Below are positions 15,461 to 21,122 of a stretch of DNA of 21,122 nucleotides, piece by piece. The notes under the pieces are model-generated. The model made no database searches. It saw only the letters and a program-made list of their open reading frames with translations, and was not told the DNA's origin. Within the stretch, counting starts at the first letter, position 1; each line of letters opens with the position of its first letter. Source of the stretch: Deinococcales bacterium (lineage in GTDB: Bacteria; Deinococcota; Deinococci; Deinococcales; JAAFIG01); assembly GCA_031414595.1 (NCBI GenBank), contig JANNVX010000034.1, forward strand, positions 1 through 21,122, given 5' to 3'. A program made the position numbers and the translations under genes.

Positions 15461-16243
15461 TTAACGCAACATAACTGAATTTGCCTGTAACACTGCATCT
15501 GGTTCAAGGTCTCGGCGCAGCACCGCCAAAGCAGTAAAGGTATCTTGGTCGGCAATAACTGCACCAACTTGTCCAACTTCACGTGAGCCAAGCAGCACTT
15601 TTGTACCTCGAGCCACGGCTTTATCCAAAAGCACTTGGCGCAGTTCGTACCGTGGGTTGCCCCGCGCCTCGAGCCGCGCCATGATTTCCTGTCCGATATA
15701 ACAGCCTTTTTTATAAGAAACAGCACGCTCTAAACCACATTCTTGCGGTAGTAACCCCAAAAAAGCATCCAAATGGGCATGGGCTAATCCAGCTTTGACT
15801 CGAGCCAATTCTGGATTCTCGAGTGGTGTAGCATCGAATTCTGGAATTTCTGAGGCGGCAAAAAGCACATCTAAACCAAGTCCAAAACCACGATTGGCTG
15901 TCCAGTGCAGAGCGCCCGTCTCGAGTTCGCCGACAACGTGCAGCAAAGTCCAATTGGCTGTAACGACACTGATTTGCACATCATCAAAAATAATATAGCG
16001 CTTAAACCGTTCAAATAAGGCTGTCTCGAGTCCGGCTTGACAAAGCACCAACAAATCGTCTGCTCGGCGCAGCACTTTTATATCAAATTCAATTTGTCCT
16101 TTGGCATTTAAGACCAAAGCTCGGCAAGCAGCACCTATGGCTAAGCCACGCACATCATTGCTGCATTGACCCTGCAAAAAAGGAATTCTATCCGAACCCA
16201 TTAAACAAAGCACGCCCGTCTCGAGTTTTACAAAAGACTTCAT
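15461..16243 (-). CDS. ygfZ: YgfZ/GcvT-like folate-binding protein
   Basis: G.DR..FLQGQCSND, LNAKGQI, signature KGCYIGQE..AR. ATG 16243 preceded by TAAACT-N7. Confidence 0.92.
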   Translation of the reverse strand: MKSFVKLETGVLCLMGSDRIPFLQGQCSNDVRGLAIGAACRALVLNAKGQIEFDIKVLRRADDLLVLCQAGLETALFERFKRYIIFDDVQISVVTANWTLLHVVGELETGALHWTANRGFGLGLDVLFAASEIPEFDATPLENPELARVKAGLAHAHLDAFLGLLPQECGLERAVSYKKGCYIGQEIMARLEARGNPRYELRQVLLDKAVARGTKVLLGSREVGQVGAVIADQDTFTALAVLRRDLEPDAVLQANSVMLR

Positions 16244-16308
16244 ATTCCCGAGTTTAACCCTAGACAATTTGGCTGTCTGTCCTCTGGGATTCTTGATAGG
16301 CTAGATGG

Positions 16309-17184
16309 ATGAACGTCTCTTTTTTAGGCTTGGGTTTGATGGGTTATCCGATGGCTGGACATTTAGCCAAGTCCTTTACCACCACCGTATGGACTCGTAA
16401 TTTGGAGAAAGCCGAGCGCCACAGCCACGAATTCGGCTCGAGTTTAGCGCAAGTGCCAGAAGATGCCGCCCAAGCCGATGTGCTTTTTACATGCTTTCCA
16501 ACCAGTAAAGAAGTCTTGGAAATCGCGCCACGTTTATTAGAACGCGCCAAAAGCGGTTTAATTTGGGTAGACTGTACCAGTGGCGACCCGAGCAGTGCCA
16601 GAAACCTTAACGCCATGCTCGAGACAAAGCAAATGCACTTTTTGGATGCACCCGTGTCTGGTGGGGTCAAAGGGGCAATTAGCGGGCAGCTGACCACAAT
16701 GATTGGTGGCTCAGCCAATGCCCTCGAGCTTGCCCGTCCTGCACTTGAAACCTTTGCTACAAAAATTGTTCATGTTGGTGGCAGTGGCGCAGGGATGGCA
16801 GTCAAAGCCGCCAATCAAGCTCTTTTGGGGGTGAACATTTTAGCACTGACCGAAGTGCTGCTTGGACTCGAGAAACAAGGTGTTCCAAGTCGGGCTGCAC
16901 TTGAAGTCATCAACGCATCAAGTGGGCGCAGTAATGTTTCACAGAATTTATTCCCCGAACGGGTTCTCGGCAGGGCATTCCCGAATACCTTTGCGCTTGC
17001 GCTGATGACCAAAGATGTGAGGATTGCCGCCCAGAGTTTACGTGAACAGGGCATCCCCGCACCAATTGTGGCATTGACCGAAAATCTGCTCGAGATTGCT
17101 TTACGGCAACTTGGGGACGTTGACCATGTGGCGGCGGCGCAGATGCTCGAGGCTTGGAGTGGTATGGAATTGGGGAAAGAATGA
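16309..17184 (+). CDS. NAD(P)-dependent oxidoreductase, 3-hydroxyisobutyrate dehydrogenase family
   Basis: FLGLGLMGYPMA, FLDAPVSGG, G.GMAVKAANQ, F.L.LM.KD. TAGGCT-N6-ATG. Confidence 0.93.
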   Translation: MNVSFLGLGLMGYPMAGHLAKSFTTTVWTRNLEKAERHSHEFGSSLAQVPEDAAQADVLFTCFPTSKEVLEIAPRLLERAKSGLIWVDCTSGDPSSARNLNAMLETKQMHFLDAPVSGGVKGAISGQLTTMIGGSANALELARPALETFATKIVHVGGSGAGMAVKAANQALLGVNILALTEVLLGLEKQGVPSRAALEVINASSGRSNVSQNLFPERVLGRAFPNTFALALMTKDVRIAAQSLREQGIPAPIVALTENLLEIALRQLGDVDHVAAAQMLEAWSGMELGKE

Positions 17185-17597
17185 AAAAGAAGTCATCAAC
17201 GTGGAGTTATACACCCGCTAAAAGTACGTTTACGGCTGCTAAAAAAGAATTATACTTGGCGAGGCTAGAAACATTTTTAGAAACTGAGGTTCGTCCAAAA
17301 ATTAAGCCAGTACCACAAGACAATCCGCATCACTTTAATTACATGACAGGCGTTTCGGCTCGAGCCAAAAGCAAATTTCTCTACATTACGGCGCAGTGGG
17401 CAAGTCCACATCCAAAAGCCATTGCCCCAACCTTTGAAACCAGTGAATTTAGATTAGAACTTGTGGGAAACGAGCGTTTTGATGTGGCGTACATGCGTCA
17501 TACGGAAAAGTTTTTTACCATCAGCACCGATTTGAGTTTTGATCAAGCACTTGAGTGCATTCGTGAGTTACCACATTTTAATTTGTTTTTCGTTTAG
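17181..17597 (+). CDS. Hypothetical protein (possibly DUF3024-like)
   Basis: ATGA overlap with the upstream gene. 'FRLE.VG..RFDVAYMRHTEKF' resembles conserved DUF3024-type C-termini. Confidence 0.6.
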   Translation: MKKKSSTWSYTPAKSTFTAAKKELYLARLETFLETEVRPKIKPVPQDNPHHFNYMTGVSARAKSKFLYITAQWASPHPKAIAPTFETSEFRLELVGNERFDVAYMRHTEKFFTISTDLSFDQALECIRELPHFNLFFV

Positions 17598-17624
17598 GTT
17601 CATTTCCTGATAGATTCTATCTTG

Positions 17625-18590
17625 ATGATTACACACGTTGATCTAAAAACAGCTATTCCTAATGCCCTTTCAAACCTTGACTTAAGTGCTTTTGGGTCGC
17701 AGAGCAGTGGGAAGGTACGCGAAATGGTCTCGCTTGGCAATGGACGGCGTTTACTGGTGACCACCGACCGAATCAGTGCTTTTGATGTGGTGCTGGGGGT
17801 GATTCCCTACAAAGGGCAGGTCTTAAATCAATTGTCGGCGTGGTGGTTTGAACAGACCAAAGATATTGTGGCAAATCATCTGCTGGCAATTCCAGACGAA
17901 AATGCCGTTATTGCCAAAGAAGCCAAACCCTTACCGATAGAAGTCGTGGTGCGTGGCTATATTACAGGTGTGACCAAGACCAGTCTTTGGACCCATTACC
18001 AACAAGGAACTCGAGATGCTTACGGCATTGTACTGCCAGACGGCTTAGAAAAAAATGATGCCCTGCCCAAGGCAATCATCACCCCAACCACCAAAGCCGA
18101 ACTGGGTGGGCATGACGAACAAATTACTCGAGAACAAATCCTTGAGCGTGGTTTAGTGTCCCCTGAACTCTGGGGAAAAGTCGAAACCGCCGCCCTAGGC
18201 TTATTTGCTCGAGGGCAAGAATTGGCAGCCAAACAAGGTTTACTCTTGGTGGACACCAAATACGAATTTGGTACAATCGACAATCAACTGATTTTAATAG
18301 ACGAGATTCACACCCCAGACTCGAGCCGCTACTGGACACAAAGCAGTTACCAAGCCGATAAAACCAAGCCATACAGCATAGATAAAGAATTTTTGCGCCT
18401 CTGGTATACCGAGCAAAACTACAATGGCAGTGGCACACCGCCAATCATGCCCGAAGATTTTATTGCCGAGGTCGCTGGGCGTTATATCAGTGCTTATGAA
18501 CAAATCACGGGTTTAACCTTTGTGGCAGGTTCTCAACCAGCCGCCCCACGAATCCTGAAAGCTATCAAAACCTATCTTGGCGCGGATTGA
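17625..18590 (+). CDS. purC: Phosphoribosylaminoimidazole-succinocarboxamide (SAICAR) synthase
   Basis: GKVRE, TDRISAFDV, IPYKGQVLN, EVVVRGYITG, TPTTKA, LVDTKYEFG, DEIHTPDSSRYW, DKEFLR. Confidence 0.97.
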   Translation: MITHVDLKTAIPNALSNLDLSAFGSQSSGKVREMVSLGNGRRLLVTTDRISAFDVVLGVIPYKGQVLNQLSAWWFEQTKDIVANHLLAIPDENAVIAKEAKPLPIEVVVRGYITGVTKTSLWTHYQQGTRDAYGIVLPDGLEKNDALPKAIITPTTKAELGGHDEQITREQILERGLVSPELWGKVETAALGLFARGQELAAKQGLLLVDTKYEFGTIDNQLILIDEIHTPDSSRYWTQSSYQADKTKPYSIDKEFLRLWYTEQNYNGSGTPPIMPEDFIAEVAGRYISAYEQITGLTFVAGSQPAAPRILKAIKTYLGAD

Positions 18591-19323
18591 ATAAACCCCA
18601 AATGGTGGTGATGATGACCAACACCAAACCAGCAATACCTGTGTATAGCAAAGGATTCATCCCAAGTTTTGGCTCGTTCAAAGGTGGGACTTCTCGAGTC
18701 GCCCAAAGTAAAATCTGGCGATTCTCGAACAAAATATCCAAAGCACTCGGGGCATTCTCGAGCGGCGAAACCAGTTTTAAGGGCGAAGCCTCAAATTGCG
18801 GAATGGCAATACCATTAGGCGTTAAGCTATCGTACAAACTGGTGATTGCGTAATAGGTAAATTCTGCGGCGGGAATATCGGTTTTAATGACAATACTCGA
18901 GCCTTCAACCAGCACTTTGGCGGTGCGATTAGCGGGTAACTGGACTAAATCAGCACTGGTATCACGCTTGACGGTCACTGCCCAAGGTGTAGCCCGAATC
19001 CAATAATACCAACCGCTATTGCCCCTTGTCGAAAAACCACTGCCTCCAAGGTCTGAGTTGCCTCCGCGTCCAGTGCCAATAAATACATCTATCACAGGAT
19101 TAGAAAATCCATTCGGGGCTTTGTCTGGGTTTTGCACCCGTCCGATATTCAGTTTTAACTCGAGTCGTCCGTTGGTGTCTAAAGCCGTAAAGGTACGAAT
19201 ATCCACCTGAGAGACATCGCGTTTTGCCACTGGCAAGGTATAAGCACCGTCTCCCAAAGCATCATTGGCGGGGTCTGAGACACTAAATAAAATGGCACTG
19301 GCTGCAAGGACACTCAAGAGCAT
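18565..19323 (-). CDS. Glucodextranase DOMON-like domain protein with signal peptide and C-terminal membrane anchor
   Basis: 'DPANDALGDGAYTLP', 'NP..APNGFS.P.IDVFI'. Hydrophobic N-terminus and C-terminal TM (LLYTGIAGLVLVIITTIWG). Start ATG 19323 after TATACT. Confidence 0.8.
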   Translation of the reverse strand: MLLSVLAASAILFSVSDPANDALGDGAYTLPVAKRDVSQVDIRTFTALDTNGRLELKLNIGRVQNPDKAPNGFSNPVIDVFIGTGRGGNSDLGGSGFSTRGNSGWYYWIRATPWAVTVKRDTSADLVQLPANRTAKVLVEGSSIVIKTDIPAAEFTYYAITSLYDSLTPNGIAIPQFEASPLKLVSPLENAPSALDILFENRQILLWATREVPPLNEPKLGMNPLLYTGIAGLVLVIITTIWGLFNPRQDRF

Positions 19324-19357
19324 TGGCGCGAAGTATAACTGTCTGCCATGAGGAAAA

Positions 19358-19993
19358 TTAAGGGGCTTTAGGCAGTACGTCACTATTGGAGTCTGACAGA
19401 ACCTCATCTTTGGGCTTTAAGCGAATTGGGCTTTGTTTACTTGGGTCACGTCCAGTCACATCGGCAAAAAAACCTTTGATTGCTTCAAAATCGGCTTCTA
19501 AATCGCCAGTCGGCGTAAAATACGCCCCAATCCCGATTTCTTTGCGTTTCCAATCCATGTACGCCAAAGCAAGCGGCACTTTTGCCTCGAGTGCAATATA
19601 ATAAAATCCGCTCCTCCAATACTCGGCTTTGCCGCGTGTACCTTCGGCAGCAATGATTAAAAATAACTCGTCTCGAGCATTAAAAATTGCTGCAACTTTC
19701 TGCACAAAATTTGTACTTTTATCGCGGTCTACGGCAATTCCACCCAACGCGGTCATAATCGGTTTCATAATGCCCTTAAATATTTGGGCTTTACCAACAA
19801 AGCTACCGCGAATGCCAGTACTCCAAATCCAAGCGATGGCAGGGAAAAAATCCCAATCACTGGTGTGTGGATAACCAACCACCACATATTTTTTACCTGA
19901 CGGCGGCAATAGAACAGCTTTCCAACCAAATAAACCCATTAGCCAAGAAAAAAAGGCTTGACTGGTAGTGGTCGGGACATGGGCTTTAGACAT
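19358..19993 (-). CDS. 1-acyl-sn-glycerol-3-phosphate acyltransferase (PlsC-like)
   Basis: PHTSDWD (HX4D), GGIAVDR, AEGTR, WRSGFY. ATG 19993 after TAGACT-N7. Confidence 0.9.
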   Translation of the reverse strand: MSKAHVPTTTSQAFFSWLMGLFGWKAVLLPPSGKKYVVVGYPHTSDWDFFPAIAWIWSTGIRGSFVGKAQIFKGIMKPIMTALGGIAVDRDKSTNFVQKVAAIFNARDELFLIIAAEGTRGKAEYWRSGFYYIALEAKVPLALAYMDWKRKEIGIGAYFTPTGDLEADFEAIKGFFADVTGRDPSKQSPIRLKPKDEVLSDSNSDVLPKAP

Positions 19994-20041
19994 GAGGCGC
20001 AGTCTAACAAAAATTGCTTCAACAGACGTTAAAATAAGTGA

Positions 20042-20953
20042 GTGCAGCCTTTTCAACTGATTCCTCAGTACCACCCTCGAGTCTGGGGCGGGCAACGTTT
20101 ACAAGCCACCCCCGCAAATGCAACTCCGATTGGGGAAGCATGGGTTATTCACGAACACAACCTCGTGCAAGGCGGAGAATTGGCTGGGCAGACGCTCGAG
20201 CAAGTAGCCCTACAATTTGGCACGGATTTACTGGGTACAAACCACACGGGCAAACGATTCCCACTTTTGATCAAACTCCTCGATTGTGCCGATTGGCTCT
20301 CAATACAAGTACATCCCAACGATACCCAAGCCCTGCAACTCGAGGGGGCTGGGCAGTTGGGCAAGACTGAGGCTTGGCATTTACTCGAAGTACAAAAAGG
20401 CGCAGAACTGATTTGTGGGGTCAAAACAGGGGTCTCCCCTACTCAACTCGAGGCAGCCATTCGCGGCGGTACAGTCCGTGACGTTGCCCAATACCAACAA
20501 GTCTCGAGTGGACAAACAATTATGATGCCCGCCGGAACAATGCACGCCCTCGGACCCGATATGCTTTTGTATGAAGTCCAACAAACCTCAGACATCACTT
20601 ACCGAGTCTACGATTGGGATAGACCCGCCAGTGCAGGTCGAGCCTTACACATCGAGCAATCGGTAGCCGTGACCAAGACCAACATCGCCAGCATTACCCC
20701 AGCACTCGAGACTGGAATTCTGACCCAATGCCCATATTTTATGCTCGATAAAATAAATGGCAATACCACCAACACCCCCGACGGCTCGAGTTTTCATGCC
20801 ATTACCATCACCACCGGACAAGCCATTCTCGAGAGTGCAGGGCAGATATGGGAACTCAATCGTTTTGATTCGGTGATTATTCCAGCAATAAGCGCGATGT
20901 ACAGCCTAACTGGGAATTTTGAAGGCTTACGCTCGAGCCTACCAACGCTATAA
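20042..20953 (+). CDS. manA: Class I mannose-6-phosphate isomerase
   Basis: VWGG.RL, IGEAW, FPLLIKLLD..DWLSIQVHP, GKTEAW, PAGTMHAL, EVQQTSDITYRVYDW. Confidence 0.92.
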   Translation: MQPFQLIPQYHPRVWGGQRLQATPANATPIGEAWVIHEHNLVQGGELAGQTLEQVALQFGTDLLGTNHTGKRFPLLIKLLDCADWLSIQVHPNDTQALQLEGAGQLGKTEAWHLLEVQKGAELICGVKTGVSPTQLEAAIRGGTVRDVAQYQQVSSGQTIMMPAGTMHALGPDMLLYEVQQTSDITYRVYDWDRPASAGRALHIEQSVAVTKTNIASITPALETGILTQCPYFMLDKINGNTTNTPDGSSFHAITITTGQAILESAGQIWELNRFDSVIIPAISAMYSLTGNFEGLRSSLPTL

Positions 20954-20969
20954 GCATAATAGCGTTGGT
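20941..20969. terminator. Hairpin overlapping the manA stop, probable terminator
   Basis: ACCAACGCTAT-aagcata-ATAGCGTTGGT is a perfect 11-bp stem, but without a clear U-tract on the + strand. Confidence 0.55.
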
Positions 20970-21042
20970 AAACAGCTACTCGCTTAGGATTTGTCCGTAA
21001 ATAACTTCCCTATTTGGAAATGATGAAACATTGTTTCCTAGC

Positions 21043-21118
21043 AGGACAGACACAGGGGTCTGTCCCTACAAAATCCATAAAAATACGTCAGGTAGGGGCG
21101 GACCCCCGTGTCCGCCCT
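21043..21118. repeat. Inverted pair of GTAG-type REP elements (REPIN/BIME-like)
   Basis: Minus copy 21043-21069 GTAGGGACAGACCCCTGTGTCTGTCCT and plus copy 21092-21118 GTAGGGGCGGACCCCCGTGTCCGCCCT. Each is GTAG + hairpin. Confidence 0.82.
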
Positions 21119-21122
21119 GTGA

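Noticed and set aside
21043-21118. CRISPR array or simple terminator
   Set aside because: Only two copies, inverted rather than direct, each starting with GTAG; this fits REP elements.

Overview
Chromosomal window from what looks like a Deinococcota (Deinococcus-Thermus) bacterium. The inference rests on gene content (DUF503 plus cysteine-less HMA pair, DOMON-like membrane protein) and on pervasive leaderless TAnnnT-N5-8-start gene architecture. Housekeeping content: coaD, tRNA-Trp, RlmI-like methyltransferase, YgfZ, 3-hydroxyisobutyrate-dehydrogenase-like enzyme, purC, PlsC-like acyltransferase, class I mannose-6-phosphate isomerase and a full-length bacterial alpha-2-macroglobulin. Accessory content: an IS630 end truncating a SARP-type regulator, a TetR/AhpD/membrane-protein operon, a HigBA-like toxin-antitoxin pair, a low-GC Cys-rich orphan and an inverted pair of GTAG-type REP elements. 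Most notable: (1) a co-oriented cluster of a stand-alone DUF692/MNIO enzyme, a SigK-like ECF sigma factor and an apparently soluble GAF::RskA-like anti-sigma fusion, followed by an unannotated 26-aa Cys/Trp-rich micro-ORF; (2) extreme HIP1-like over-representation of the palindrome CTCGAG (about 125 copies by manual count). Family assignments come from motif recognition by eye; no database searches were run.
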